DNA from: an uncultured bacterium
Lineage (GTDB): Bacteria; CSSED10-310; CAZUFC01
Assembly (NCBI GenBank): GCA_964619725.1
Contig: CAZUFC010000022.1
Span: 15,879-79,878 of the forward strand
Reading direction: 5' to 3'
Length of the DNA: 64,000 nucleotides
The notes below the pieces were generated by a model. The model searched no databases, was not told where the DNA came from, and saw only the letters and a program-made list of their open reading frames with translations. Position 1 is the first letter of the stretch, and each line of letters opens with the position of its first letter. Below are positions 1 through 11,994 of the stretch, piece after piece. A program made the position numbers and the translations under genes.

Positions 1-893
<893 letters not shown>

Positions 894-934
894 TTAATTT
901 AGGGTTTCTCGGTTTTTTGCCTCGCTCTTACCGA

Positions 935-1225
935 TCAGTCGGTTATTACGCCCAAAACGTCATCCTCGCGCATTATCAAATACTCTTCTCCGTCTATCTT
1001 TACTTCCGTACCTGCATACTTGCCGAATAATACGCTATCTCCTTCCTTCAACTCCATCGCTACCCGATTGCCCTCTGAATCTGTCTTGCCCGGTCCCGTC
1101 GCTATCACTTTGCCTTCCTGAGGCTTCTCCTTCGCCGTGTCAGGTATTACTATACCGCCCGGCGTCTTCTGTTCTTCCGATTCTATCCGCTTTACTAAAA
1201 TTCTGTCCTGTAACGGTCGAATCAT
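935..1225 (-). CDS. groES: Co-chaperonin GroES
   Basis: [12 protein letters not shown]...[16 protein letters not shown]...KYAGTEVK signature; GGAGG RBS. Confidence 0.98.
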   Translation of the reverse strand: MIRPLQDRILVKRIESEEQKTPGGIVIPDTAKEKPQEGKVIATGPGKTDSEGNRVAMELKEGDSVLFGKYAGTEVKIDGEEYLIMREDDVLGVITD

Positions 1226-1349
1226 CTCTCATCAACCTCCTTACTCGAAAAGGTTATTGCTCCTGTTTTCTCTTTTCCCTTGTTAATACGTTCCTTTTTC
1301 ATCTTTTGTTTCGCCGAGAACCGTCAGCGCCTGTTTTTAAGAAAACCTG

Positions 1350-1376
1350 TCAGCGCTCATCTCGGTTGAGTGATAA
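1350..1376 (-). promoter_or_regulatory. CIRCE-like HrcA operator upstream of groESL
   Basis: Minus strand reads TTATCACTC-N9-GAGCGCTGA versus the consensus TTAGCACTC-N9-GAGTGCTAA (3 mismatches, exact 9-nt spacer), in the expected location. Confidence 0.8.
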
Positions 1377-1403
1377 TATTATTCAAAAAATTATTCTTGT
1401 CAA
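1374..1403 (-). promoter_or_regulatory. Sigma70-type promoter of groESL
   Basis: Minus strand TTGACA (1403-1398), then an AT-rich spacer and TAATAT/TATTAT abutting the CIRCE. Confidence 0.6.
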
Positions 1404-1747
1404 GGCGCAATAAGTTTCATTAATTATATTTAGAGCTGCTTATAACTGAAATAAGCTTTTTTTTGTTTTTTATTAGAGTTATTCACTCTTTTTCGGGTTT
1501 TGTTGCTTTTGCTGCAAACCCCTGAAAAAAAATTCAGCCTATCAGGTCAACGATCTTAAGAAACGGAAATTCCGGCATCCGTTATTTACAATTTCAACGA
1601 AGGGATTTAATATTAGCTGTTGAAAGGCGAAAGACATGAAAAAAAACAAAGAGCCTTTCACGGGCACAAGCGGAGCCGTAAGGATAGGCGAGCGATGGGG
1701 GCTGCGAATATCATGATGCAGCTCATACATAAGAGCGGAGGAATAAT

Positions 1748-4441
1748 ATGAAAGACTTGAAATATTTCTTATACGTGGGGGTTTTGCTGTCGGCGACGGT
1801 TATAATTTGTTGCGGCGCAGGCGGGAGAAAAGCTGAGTCGGAGGAGGCCGTTTCACTGGGGGATGAATTGATTTTCGAGCGTGGTGATATGACGTTGACG
1901 ATAGACCGTCACAAGGGTAAGGCGACGACATTTCATTTTGAGGATGAGGAGGACAAGGCGGATTTTTTAGCGCCGCGGGATCAGGCGGAGGAGAGATTGC
2001 TGGGGACGATATATTGTTCATACAGGGCGGGTGAAGAGGAAGAGTGGACAATGATGAAGCCGGAGAATTTTCGAGTTGAGCATGAGGTTTCTTCCGGGGA
2101 GGATTTCGACAGTGTAACGTTCAATTTTGCATCTGACGAATCGCTGATGAAGTTCAATTCGACATTTTCTCTGGACGATGAGGGCGTTCTGTCCTGGGAG
2201 ATAAGGGGAATCAATTCGAGTCGTCAGACGCTTGAGTTGGGCGAGTTGGGATTTCCGTTACCGTTCAACAACAATTATTATTCAGGATTCTCGCAGACGG
2301 ATGAAGGGATGCGGCGATTGTTCGAGAGTCGATTTTACGTGAACCGGTTCATAGGCGGGAGTTCGTCCTACGTTTTGCTGAAGCGTTTGAATGCGGAATA
2401 TCCGGCGTTATATATGCTGACGGGCAAGGGGACGTCCTTGGAGTTTTCGCATCAGTTGCTGGTGGGATGGGAAGGCATACCCTGCGTTTATGTGCATTCC
2501 GAGGCGGTGAAGGATCGTTACGGTATGCGTGAGGACTGGTTGAACGGTCACACCTCTTTGAGTCTTTCGGCGGGGGAATCGCGCACCTGGTCGTTGCGTT
2601 TTATTCCGATAAAGGTCAACAGCGGCCGTATCGGCAAATGGGAATTGGAGCAGAAGGTATTGGCGAACGTATTGACGAATAACGGGAAGATATGGATGCG
2701 GTCCTTTCCGGGGATGGTGGTTCCGACTGATTGTCCGGCAGTTGTTCAGGCCGTTTCTGCCGACCCTTTCCAGGATTTGAGCGTTGACGGGTCGGTCAAG
2801 ATGGAGCATCTGGTGAATCAGCCTACATACAGGATAGTCCGGTTAATATTTGAAAAGCCGGGGTATTACGATCTTGAAGCGGCAGATGAGTCAGGCGAGA
2901 CGTGCCGGATACATTTCAAAGCCGTCGAGCCTTTAAGGACTAAAATAGAAAAACGGGCGAAGTTCATAGCGGAGAAGCAGCTTTACCGGAATGAGGGGCA
3001 TGTGCTGGATGGAGCGATTCTCGTTTACGACAATCAGGCGGAGCAGCCGCTGGTCGATCCTTCTTCCTACTGGGGCGGAGGAGGCTATGAAGGGGGCATA
3101 ACGGACGCTCTGTTTCTGGCGGAAAAGAATGCGATTCATCCCGACAAGGAGCAGATAAAAGTTTTGGAGGAATATACGGACGATTTTTTAATGAACCGTT
3201 TGCAGAATCCCGGAACGTTTGAAGTGGCCTGGTTTTTTCTGCCGGGAAAAGTTCCTTACAAGATCGGGCGTCCGTACAATTATTGTCATGTACATAATTT
3301 TCATTATTCTATGTATAAGATCGGCAGGCGTTACGGATTACTGCACAACCATACGGCCAGGGAATACCTGGAATACGCGTACCGGACTGCGGAAAGGATG
3401 TTCATGGAAGGATGGTGGTGGCACTTGTATCATGTGGGTTTCATGCATTACAGCACGCTTTATGACCTGACGGATGTTTTGCGCAAGGAAGGAATGGAAC
3501 GCGAGGCGGACCGGCTGGAAGCGCTTCTGATTCACAGAGGAGAGACATTGTTGCAGCATGATTATCCATACAGCGCTGAGCCGTTATACGATACGACGGG
3601 ATACGAGGACGTATATTTTACCGCAAAATATTTGAAGGAATTCGACATGGTGATCCAGACCGCCGAGTGCTCCATGGCGCAGAAGTCCTATGTTCCGACA
3701 TGGTTCTGGTGCGGTTCGGACAAACGTTACTGGGACGCCATGGAGAACAATCCCGGCGGCGGATGGTACGGAACGGACCATGGAGAAACCGCCATGCACT
3801 ATACGACGACTCAGACAGCCCTGATCGGACTGGACAAATTCGAGCATCCCAAATTTTTCCCGGAAGACGTATACTTTTACAAAAGTTATGCGGGGCTGCT
3901 GGGCGTATGGTCACTGGTGGACGAAGAGGGAAAGGCATCCATGTGTTATACGCCGGATGCTTCATCGAATCATTACGGATACAACCGCTATTCCGGCGAT
4001 TCAGGACTGGGATTATACGGTTATCTGCGAGCGGCCGGCGCTTACGTGGACCTGATTCGAATCGGCAGTTCCCGGATAGAAGTGGGGTTCGGCTGCAGGA
4101 TTTCGCAGGAAGGCGAGGGCAGGCTCCACGCCGTTATTGCAGACGGCATCAATAAAAGATTCCGGTATCCCCAATTCAATTTTTTTGCGGACACCGAAAA
4201 AACCGACCTTACAGAACTGACCATGGAAAGAAACAGAACTTACGTCAGAATGACCCTGAAAAACCAACTCGGCGAAACCTTAATGGAAAACATCAGGATC
4301 AGGGGCTTCTGGGGAGAGGATTACGTCGCGGATATTGACGGCGTTGAACAAAAAGGCTCGGTGCAAGACGGCGTACTCAGACACTCGCTGGAAGTTCCTC
4401 CCGAAAAATCCGTTACTGTAACCTTCACTCGTACCGGATGA
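1748..4441 (+). CDS. DUF5695-like secreted protein or lipoprotein (putative glycoside hydrolase, alpha/alpha barrel)
   Basis: 897 aa. Signal peptide ending in a Cys. Motifs RPYNYCHV, DTTGYEDVY and HY recall DUF5695 proteins. Confidence 0.6.
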   Translation: MKDLKYFLYVGVLLSATVIICCGAGGRKAESEEAVSLGDELIFERGDMTLTIDRHKGKATTFHFEDEEDKADFLAPRDQAEERLLGTIYCSYRAGEEEEWTMMKPENFRVEHEVSSGEDFDSVTFNFASDESLMKFNSTFSLDDEGVLSWEIRGINSSRQTLELGELGFPLPFNNNYYSGFSQTDEGMRRLFESRFYVNRFIGGSSSYVLLKRLNAEYPALYMLTGKGTSLEFSHQLLVGWEGIPCVYVHSEAVKDRYGMREDWLNGHTSLSLSAGESRTWSLRFIPIKVNSGRIGKWELEQKVLANVLTNNGKIWMRSFPGMVVPTDCPAVVQAVSADPFQDLSVDGSVKMEHLVNQPTYRIVRLIFEKPGYYDLEAADESGETCRIHFKAVEPLRTKIEKRAKFIAEKQLYRNEGHVLDGAILVYDNQAEQPLVDPSSYWGGGGYEGGITDALFLAEKNAIHPDKEQIKVLEEYTDDFLMNRLQNPGTFEVAWFFLPGKVPYKIGRPYNYCHVHNFHYSMYKIGRRYGLLHNHTAREYLEYAYRTAERMFMEGWWWHLYHVGFMHYSTLYDLTDVLRKEGMEREADRLEALLIHRGETLLQHDYPYSAEPLYDTTGYEDVYFTAKYLKEFDMVIQTAECSMAQKSYVPTWFWCGSDKRYWDAMENNPGGGWYGTDHGETAMHYTTTQTALIGLDKFEHPKFFPEDVYFYKSYAGLLGVWSLVDEEGKASMCYTPDASSNHYGYNRYSGDSGLGLYGYLRAAGAYVDLIRIGSSRIEVGFGCRISQEGEGRLHAVIADGINKRFRYPQFNFFADTEKTDLTELTMERNRTYVRMTLKNQLGETLMENIRIRGFWGEDYVADIDGVEQKGSVQDGVLRHSLEVPPEKSVTVTFTRTG

Positions 4442-4579
4442 TTGAATCGGGCTGCAGCGCGGCCTGTTTTCGAGCGGCGATTCCGGTTGTTGATTTGATT
4501 CAAATGTTTATTTAGGTTAAAATAACTTGCTTTTCTCGCTTCGGGGAATGCAAAATGAATTACAACGATGGAGGAAAAC

Positions 4580-5551
4580 ATGGCCGGCAAAGATTACTAT
4601 AAAATTTTGGGAGTGCCCCGCAGCGCCGGTAAAGACGATATCAGGAAAGCGTATCGAAAACTGGCGATGAAATATCACCCCGATCGCAATAAAGGAAATA
4701 AGCAGGCGGAAGAGAAATTCAAGGACATAAATGAGGCTTACGCTGTTTTGCATGACGACGAAAAGCGCAAGCAATACGATAATTTCGGCGCTGAGGGATT
4801 CAGCAACAAATACAGCCGGGAAGACATCTTCCGGAACGCAGACCTGGGTTCCATATTCGAGGAAATGGGACTAGGCGGAGATATTTTTGAATCACTCTTC
4901 GGGTCCTTCGGAAAACGTTCCCGGCCCGGAGGAAAATCTTCTTACAGGCGCCGGACGACTCGCCCCGGCCCGGACTTTTCTGGATTCGGTGGTTTCGAAG
5001 GCTTTCCTGGCGCTCAGACGGCTCAGCCCATGAAGGGACAGGATTTAACCAGTGAAGTGAAAATACCCTTTCGGGAAGCCGCCCTGGGCGGTAAAAGGAC
5101 TTTTCGCTTCGCCGTGAACGGCGGACAAAAACAAATTTCCGTCACTATACCTCCGGGAATAGAAACAGGGCAAAAACTGAGAATAGCAGGCAAGGGCATG
5201 CCCGCTCCTCAGGGCGGTCAACCCGGAGACCTTTACCTTCAAATACAGGTCATGCCCGATCCCGTCTTCAAAAAAGAAAACGACAACATCATTGTGCAGG
5301 CTCACGTCAAACCTTCCCAGGCCGTACTGGGGGGTTGCGTCGACATAACGACCCTGGAAGGCGACAAAAAGAAAGTTAAAATACCAACGGGAACCCAGAA
5401 TGATACTAAATTAAGATTAAGAGGCTTGGGAATCAGGAAAAAAAACGGAGAACGAGGCGATCTTATGGTCAACGTGCATGTGGACCTGCCCAAAAAACCG
5501 ACTCCTGAAGTCAAAAAAATCTTTCAGCAACTCGAGAATCTCGGATGGTGA
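4580..5551 (+). CDS. DnaJ-class (CbpA-like, no zinc finger) co-chaperone
   Basis: J-domain KDYYKILGV...YHPDRN, G/F-rich linker and DnaJ C-terminal domain; no CxxCxGxG repeats. Start placed at ATG 4580, behind GGAGG. Confidence 0.93.
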   Translation: MAGKDYYKILGVPRSAGKDDIRKAYRKLAMKYHPDRNKGNKQAEEKFKDINEAYAVLHDDEKRKQYDNFGAEGFSNKYSREDIFRNADLGSIFEEMGLGGDIFESLFGSFGKRSRPGGKSSYRRRTTRPGPDFSGFGGFEGFPGAQTAQPMKGQDLTSEVKIPFREAALGGKRTFRFAVNGGQKQISVTIPPGIETGQKLRIAGKGMPAPQGGQPGDLYLQIQVMPDPVFKKENDNIIVQAHVKPSQAVLGGCVDITTLEGDKKKVKIPTGTQNDTKLRLRGLGIRKKNGERGDLMVNVHVDLPKKPTPEVKKIFQQLENLGW

Positions 5552-5587
5552 GTCTGGAAGCCTGATTATCCCAAAGGCGGATGAAAA

Positions 5588-8116
5588 TTGAAAATAGAGG
5601 ATTACATCCTGGTGCAGGCTGCAGGCGCTATTCGAGACGCTATTGCTGAAACGGGCGGAAATGAAGTTTTCTTTGTGGGGAACTTCGATTCGACGCAGAA
5701 AATAGCGGAAGTTGAAACCATTTGCCGGGGCGGAAGAACCGCCGTGCCTGTAATAATGGAGTCGGCGGCGAAAGCGGATGCCGTCATACATAATCATCCC
5801 AGCGGAGAGTTGCAGCCTTCCCGAAACGATATCAGCATAGCTTCTCAACTGGGCCAGGACGGCATAGGCTTTTATATCGTCGATAATGCGGCGGAGAATA
5901 TTTACGTGGTCGTGGAACCCGTCACGACCCGCAAAAAGGAAAAACTGGATACACCAATGCTGCTGCAATGCCTGACGCGAGAAGGCAAAGTGGGTTCGCG
6001 CCTGGCGGGTTTCGAACCCCGGCCTGAACAGCGCCGCATGATCGAAGCCATAGTCGATGCCTTCAACATGGACTCTATCGCTATGATCGAAGCGGGAACA
6101 GGAACGGGAAAATCGCTGGCTTATCTCATTCCATCGGTCTACTGGACGCATCTCAATCGCGAACGCTGCGTCGTATCCACAAATACCATCAATCTTCAGC
6201 AGCAGCTCTTCATGAAAGATTTGCCCTTTCTGAACAAAGCCCTGGACATGAAAACGAAATTCGTCCTGGTGAAAGGACGCTCCAATTATCTCTGCCTCCA
6301 AAAGCTCGCCGCAGCAGCTTCCAATCCCGAATCGCTGCTTGAAGAAGCGGACATACCGGCTTTCAACAAAGTCCTGGAATGGGCTCATAAAACCAATGAC
6401 GGCTCCCGCTCGGACATCCCCTTTCAACCAACAAAAAGACTATGGGACCAGCTCTGTTGCGACAGCGACACATGCCTGGGCCTCAAATGCCCCGATCAGA
6501 AAAAATGCTTCCTCAGACGCGCCAGAAATGAAGCCCTCACTGCCGATATACTCGTCGTCAACCATCATATCCTCTTCGCTGACCTCTCTATCAGAATGGC
6601 TACGGAAAATTTCGGCGCTTCCGTCCTCCTGCCCAACTATAAAAGGGTCATTATCGACGAAGCCCACAACATCGAGGATGCCGCCGCATCCTATTTCGGC
6701 TTCAGAGTCACTCACCTGGGACTGAAAAGGCTGTTTCACCAGTTCTATCGCCTTAAAAAAAACGGAAAAGAAAGCGGCTTGCTCTCTCACCTCTCCTTTA
6801 AACTCAGAAAAACCAAACTAAAAAATCAATTTGAAGATGTCTTCCGACATGATCTTCAACCACGCTTCGTCAATCTGGACGATCAGCTCGATCATGCCTT
6901 CGACTTATTTCTGAAATACCTCAAAGAAAACGGAAAACCAGGCGATAATGAACTTAAATTAAGACTTATCCCGGACAAAATCAGAGAATCCGATTGGAAA
7001 AATAAAATTCAGGAACCCTTCGAACAGCTCCTCTCCATGATGATCAGCATTCTAAATGCCTGTAAAAACATAAATAAAATACTTAAAAAAGTGCAGAGTG
7101 AAGTAATTGAATTTGAAGCGCTGCAATTCCGATCTCTCACCAGTCGCATGAATGAACGAATAACATCGCTTAAAACCTTGCTCGATTTTGAGGAGGACGA
7201 ATCCGGCCTGGTCCGATGGTTTGAAGGTCGACCCTATTCCAAAACAAAATTTGCGGCGCTTAACGGCGCTCCCCTGGAAATAGGTCCCATCCTTAAAAAT
7301 TGCCTATATGATAACTTTTCCACAGTGGTTTATACCTCAGCCACTCTATCCACAGGCGATCAATTCGAATACATGAAAAAAAGACTGGGACTGAACCTGC
7401 TCCAGGATAGAAAAACCGAACTGCTGGAACTACCCTCATCCTTCGACTTTAAAAATCAGGCCATGGTCTGCGTCCCCATCGATATGCCCGATCCCAACAG
7501 TCCGCAATTCAGCGCCCAGGTCGCCGAAGCATGCTTTAAAATCCTTGAACTGACTAAAGGACGAGCCTTCATCCTTTTTACCTCATACAGGCTCCTCTAC
7601 AAAACTTTCTACGCACTAGAAAAATCACTCCTCAAAATGAACATCACACCGCTCAGACAGGGCGCAGACGACAGACATCGCCTCCTCGACCGGTTCAAAA
7701 AAGATGTCTCATCTACTCTCTTCGGTACAGACAGCTTCTGGGAAGGCGTCGATGCACCCGGAAGAACACTCGAATGCGTCATTCTCACCAAACTGCCATT
7801 CCGCGTACCCTCAGAACCCATTATCGAAGCACGCGTCGAAGATATTGAAAAAAAAGGCGGAAACCCCTTTATGGAATTTACCGTTCCACAGGCAGTACTC
7901 AAATTCAGACAAGGATTCGGAAGACTCATACGCTCAAAAAACGATCGCGGCATTATCGCCATTTTCGATAAAAGAATTAAAACTAAATTCTACGGCGCTC
8001 GCTTCATAGACTCTTTACCCCCCTGCAATATCGTCGCTGAACCCATGGACTCCATCCTTAAATATATCGACAGGTTCCTCAATAAACGGCTCACCTCAAA
8101 CTCGTCCGACGATTAA
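5588..8116 (+). CDS. dinG: DinG/YoaA-family helicase with an N-terminal JAB/MPN (RadC-like) domain
   Basis: EAGTGTGKS Walker A, DEAH box, Fe-S cluster Cys residues and C-terminal QGFGRLIR; N-terminal HNHPSG...PSxxD JAB motif. Confidence 0.9.
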   Translation: MKIEDYILVQAAGAIRDAIAETGGNEVFFVGNFDSTQKIAEVETICRGGRTAVPVIMESAAKADAVIHNHPSGELQPSRNDISIASQLGQDGIGFYIVDNAAENIYVVVEPVTTRKKEKLDTPMLLQCLTREGKVGSRLAGFEPRPEQRRMIEAIVDAFNMDSIAMIEAGTGTGKSLAYLIPSVYWTHLNRERCVVSTNTINLQQQLFMKDLPFLNKALDMKTKFVLVKGRSNYLCLQKLAAAASNPESLLEEADIPAFNKVLEWAHKTNDGSRSDIPFQPTKRLWDQLCCDSDTCLGLKCPDQKKCFLRRARNEALTADILVVNHHILFADLSIRMATENFGASVLLPNYKRVIIDEAHNIEDAAASYFGFRVTHLGLKRLFHQFYRLKKNGKESGLLSHLSFKLRKTKLKNQFEDVFRHDLQPRFVNLDDQLDHAFDLFLKYLKENGKPGDNELKLRLIPDKIRESDWKNKIQEPFEQLLSMMISILNACKNINKILKKVQSEVIEFEALQFRSLTSRMNERITSLKTLLDFEEDESGLVRWFEGRPYSKTKFAALNGAPLEIGPILKNCLYDNFSTVVYTSATLSTGDQFEYMKKRLGLNLLQDRKTELLELPSSFDFKNQAMVCVPIDMPDPNSPQFSAQVAEACFKILELTKGRAFILFTSYRLLYKTFYALEKSLLKMNITPLRQGADDRHRLLDRFKKDVSSTLFGTDSFWEGVDAPGRTLECVILTKLPFRVPSEPIIEARVEDIEKKGGNPFMEFTVPQAVLKFRQGFGRLIRSKNDRGIIAIFDKRIKTKFYGARFIDSLPPCNIVAEPMDSILKYIDRFLNKRLTSNSSDD

Positions 8117-8485
8117 AAACTTGAAAGACACAATAATCCGTCAATGGGCCGGCGCCCGTCCTATTAAGTCGATCAATGCTCTATTTCACTTTTCGTCGCT
8201 CACGTTCCTGAAAGCCCCCTCATCCCGGATTCTTCGCAACTTCGATATTCTCCTGCGGCGCTTTTCCGTTTAAACTATTACGATTGTTTAAATGAGGGTT
8301 TACTTTTTGGCTGATCGCTTCTTCGCTTATCCGTAATAATCCGGGGTATCCGTTGCCGCGGAATCTTTGCAATCGTTTCCAATAATTCCGGTTTTTGATC
8401 GTCGCCAGACCTTTTTTATCGGGCATGAACAAATATATTTTCTTGAAATCGTAAATTTTTTTTTCAAAAATTTTAGTTTTTCATG

Positions 8486-8513
8486 TTGACAGCCTGCAAA
8501 AATATGGTAGGAT
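8486..8513 (+). promoter_or_regulatory. Sigma70-type promoter
   Basis: TTGACA-N16-TAGGAT with a TG extended -10, about 35 nt before the ATG at 8548. Confidence 0.6.
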
Positions 8514-8547
8514 TAAAGGTAGACAGAAGAAGGGAGATTGATTATTA

Positions 8548-8937
8548 ATGACCGAAAGGGGAATTAAGGGCGCAAATTTCAAGGATTTGTTTCTGGGTCG
8601 GTTGCGGAAGCAGCCGATATTGCCGGTTCAGACGGACGACGAGAGTTTAGGATTTATCATAATAATGAAGATGTATCCTGAGGTTACGATAGTACCCAAG
8701 CCTTGGTTGGATTTGCCGGATAACGGAGCGCTGGCTGATTTTTTACAGGGATTCCATTTCAGGGAAGCGGGCACGCCGGAGAAAACAGACGGCGGCTTAA
8801 AGTTTTACATTGATCTGGAACCGATGAACGACAGCCGGAAAAGGTACCGGATGCATCTCCGCAGGTGGACGCATATACTGGCGTCCGGAGCGGAAAAGGA
8901 GAAGGAACGACAAAGATTATTTACGGGTACGGGATAA
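8548..8937 (+). CDS. Hypothetical protein (129 aa)
   Basis: ORF with RBS (GGGAG), an upstream promoter and a downstream hairpin; no recognisable family. Confidence 0.6.
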   Translation: MTERGIKGANFKDLFLGRLRKQPILPVQTDDESLGFIIIMKMYPEVTIVPKPWLDLPDNGALADFLQGFHFREAGTPEKTDGGLKFYIDLEPMNDSRKRYRMHLRRWTHILASGAEKEKERQRLFTGTG

Positions 8938-8996
8938 CTTCCGGCCTTAAAGTTTTGATCCCTCATTCTCCCCGAATACCCCCATTCTTGCCTTGG

Positions 8997-9032
8997 CCCG
9001 GAGTCGCGGGGAGTCGGCTCCGGGTAATTTTT
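8997..9032 (+). terminator. Putative intrinsic terminator
   Basis: Stem CCCGGAGTCG...CGGCTCCGGG followed by TAATTTTT. Confidence 0.5.
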
Positions 9033-9226
9033 CAATAATTTAATTTTTGACCGTTCTGAGCAAGGCTGAATTGATCAAGCGGGTTGCTTTTGCCGGAGGA
9101 ATGCTATACATTACTTTCTGCGTTCCGGCGGTATGAAGGATTGAGAGGGTATAGGCAGGAGGGTTATGGATACGGTCGGAGACACGACGGAATTTCAATG
9201 TAATTCATAAGCAACGGGAGAGTCTT

Positions 9227-9952
9227 ATGAAGAAACTGCTTATCGGATGCAGCGTAGTATTTTTAATAATAGCCGTATTGATGTTTGCCGGCGGTTATTA
9301 TGGGTATAAGAAGGTTTTAGAGCCGATTTACACGACGAGTAAGATTTTAGTGGAATCGTATGAGAGGGTGAATGAGGATTTTCCGTTTGAGCGTCCGGCA
9401 TCCGGTTTGATGGAGGAAGGGCGCTATGAGAAGTTTTTGTCGGTCAGGAATGCGTTGGCCGAATCGGGGAGGAAAATGCTTGAACGTCTGGAGGAGCTTG
9501 ATTCGGCTGAAGGGGAGGTTTCTTTCATTGATAAATTGAAGCAGGCCAAGGGGTTGTTCGAGGCGATCCGTGATCTGGGCATGAATCATGTGGAGCAACT
9601 GCGTCAGGAGGGTATGTCGGCGAAGGAATACGTCTGGCATGCCCGGGTGCAACTGGCAACCATCATTCATGCAGCGGAGGAAGGCCGTTTACAGGAGGAA
9701 GCGCCGGAGGCTGCGTCGCTGGTCGAATTCATCAACAGCTCTTCGAAAAGGTTGGAAAATTTGTCGCAGCAGGGGCAGGGAGATTTGGATATAAAAGTAA
9801 ACGGCGGAAAACAATGGTCTCAGAACCTGCGGCTGGAAGAGATACCTTTACAGGACGAAAATCTGGAATTAATCGTGAAATACCAGGATGAAGTGACGCG
9901 CTACAAGAACGCTTTTATTGCAGACATGTTTGTCGCGGGTTTCGTCAACTGA
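9227..9952 (+). CDS. Hypothetical protein with an N-terminal membrane anchor, mostly helical
   Basis: 241 aa; hydrophobic N-terminus followed by GGYYGYKK; GGGAG RBS. Confidence 0.75.
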   Translation: MKKLLIGCSVVFLIIAVLMFAGGYYGYKKVLEPIYTTSKILVESYERVNEDFPFERPASGLMEEGRYEKFLSVRNALAESGRKMLERLEELDSAEGEVSFIDKLKQAKGLFEAIRDLGMNHVEQLRQEGMSAKEYVWHARVQLATIIHAAEEGRLQEEAPEAASLVEFINSSSKRLENLSQQGQGDLDIKVNGGKQWSQNLRLEEIPLQDENLELIVKYQDEVTRYKNAFIADMFVAGFVN

Positions 9953-10104
9953 AAAGAGACAATACTGCACTGACAAAAAAAAGATAGATTATTCGTTACC
10001 ACGCCTTTATTTAGTTTTTGTCCAAAAACCGCAGTGCCTGTCCAGCATTAAATTTTGAATTGAGATTCGAGTTTGTGTACAGGCGCTATTTAATCTGGCG
10101 CTTG

Positions 10105-11481
10105 TTAATCATCGCTGTAGGAAAATTCTACGGACGAGACGTTGCTGACCAGAGCTGTTCCCCTTTCGTTGGTTAGTCCTGCGTGAAAGCAGAGATTTTC
10201 TGCATTTCCTGATCCGGGAGGCCACATGAATTCGAGTATGTTTTCCGAGAGGGACTGGTTCGGCGTCAGCGTCCTTTGCATCCAGACGGCTTCGGTATGC
10301 CAGGAAGGATGAAAAAAGATGGTTCCGTATACGTCCAGGAGTATGAACTGCAGAACGGTTCTGGGTTGGATGTCATTAATCAGAGAGAAACGGAGCCGGA
10401 AAAGACTGTATGGTTTGAAGTGATTATCATTGAGCATGAGGTTTACGCGGGGTCCGTTTGGAGTAGGTGAAGGGATAAAGGTTGGGGAAGGAACAAAAGT
10501 GGCGGTAGGCGGTGAAGGAGGAGAGGAAGGTGAGGGTACGGGCGTGCAGAAAGGAGTCGGACTGAGAAACGCTGTGGGCGTCAGAGACGGCGTTGGCGAG
10601 ACGTTCACTTGAAAAGCTTTCATCACAGCCATGTGTTGCATGCCCTGGACGTGCGAATCGCCGTACTGAATGGGGTAAACTTCATCCAAAGGAGTATAAA
10701 CCCAACTGTCGAACACCAGGCCGTTTTCGAATATGTTCGACTCGATGATCAAGTCTGTGTGAACGGAGTCGAATGAATCGTTTGGAATCACCCAATCATA
10801 ATGTTTCGTGCGTGGTTCGCTGGTGTTATGGTTGCCGTCCTGATCTTCCGGAATATGCTCGAAAACCGACAGAAATTCATCAAACAAGTCCAGGCATGAT
10901 TCGGAATAAGTGGAAGTATTCAAATCGCCGCCTACGACAATATATTCTTCGGAGTTGAAATTGAGTTCGATCAAATTCTTGAGGACTGCCGTTTGATTAT
11001 AACGCGTACCCGCATCCCCTGATGATGCTTTCAGATGAACGCTGACTGCCTGAAGCTCAATGTCGCCCGGTATATCGATGATCGCCCATACGAAATCACG
11101 GTCGCTGACATAAGGGTCCTCCCACTCCCCATGCGAAAGAAAACGAAAACGGCTTACGATGCCGTTTGGAATCGATTCGCCGCCGCCTTCTACACAATAA
11201 TGAAATTCGGGACCGAACGCTTCATCCACTAAATCACGTAGCGTCCCATCTTCATAGTTGAATTCCTGGATAAGAACAATGTCAGGCTCCAATCCCTGAA
11301 AAATCCGAATCCCCTCATCCTCATAAGCCTGATGGTCGCCGCTTGTGATGTTAGCACTCATAATTCGTATGACCTGCTCTTCATTAACGGCAAGCGAATC
11401 CCCGGCGGAAAAAGGCGCTATGCCTGTCCCAATCAGAAAAACAAAAACAGTTGATACTGTGACATTTTTGATGAATCTCAT
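10105..11481 (-). CDS. Secreted endonuclease/exonuclease/phosphatase (EEP) protein with a Pro/Thr linker and the shared C-terminal domain
   Basis: Signal peptide; IMSANI, PDIVLIQE, VHLKA, GGDLN and YDW motifs; PT-rich linker; C-terminal domain similar to two other proteins in the window. Confidence 0.88.
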   Translation of the reverse strand: MRFIKNVTVSTVFVFLIGTGIAPFSAGDSLAVNEEQVIRIMSANITSGDHQAYEDEGIRIFQGLEPDIVLIQEFNYEDGTLRDLVDEAFGPEFHYCVEGGGESIPNGIVSRFRFLSHGEWEDPYVSDRDFVWAIIDIPGDIELQAVSVHLKASSGDAGTRYNQTAVLKNLIELNFNSEEYIVVGGDLNTSTYSESCLDLFDEFLSVFEHIPEDQDGNHNTSEPRTKHYDWVIPNDSFDSVHTDLIIESNIFENGLVFDSWVYTPLDEVYPIQYGDSHVQGMQHMAVMKAFQVNVSPTPSLTPTAFLSPTPFCTPVPSPSSPPSPPTATFVPSPTFIPSPTPNGPRVNLMLNDNHFKPYSLFRLRFSLINDIQPRTVLQFILLDVYGTIFFHPSWHTEAVWMQRTLTPNQSLSENILEFMWPPGSGNAENLCFHAGLTNERGTALVSNVSSVEFSYSDD

Positions 11482-11994
11482 TTTTTCTCCAAAATATATT
11501 TGTATTTCAGGCGCTGAATGCGCCCCCCTTTTAATTCTATTTTATACGGAACCTTTTCGCAAAAATTTATTTTGACCAAGCCCGAAGACAGACGATAATC
11601 ATCTCTACCCTCGGCCGAAAAAAAACAAAATTCAACTGGCAATTAAACCCTCCCTTCGGTCTTTGATGTCCTTTGCGTCCCTTTCCATGATCTAAAAAAA
11701 ACATTGATCAAAAATGCGTATTTTGGAGTTACAATTCTTCCGAATATCCCAGCATTTTGTTTCGATTGCGATTTCGATCCCGATACCTACCCCGATTAGA
11801 GAAACAAAATGTCAAAAACTTTGAAAGAAGCGTAACCCCGGTATGATCAGTCCCCAAAAAATAAAAGGCTTATCCGGCCTCACAAAAATTAGTTTCCTGC
11901 TTCACGAAAGGGAGGAAATGCGGCGTTTCGAACTTGAAACTTTCTTTTCAAAGTCGTTATACTGTCGTGAGCATGCGTATTCGGAGGGCATCTG

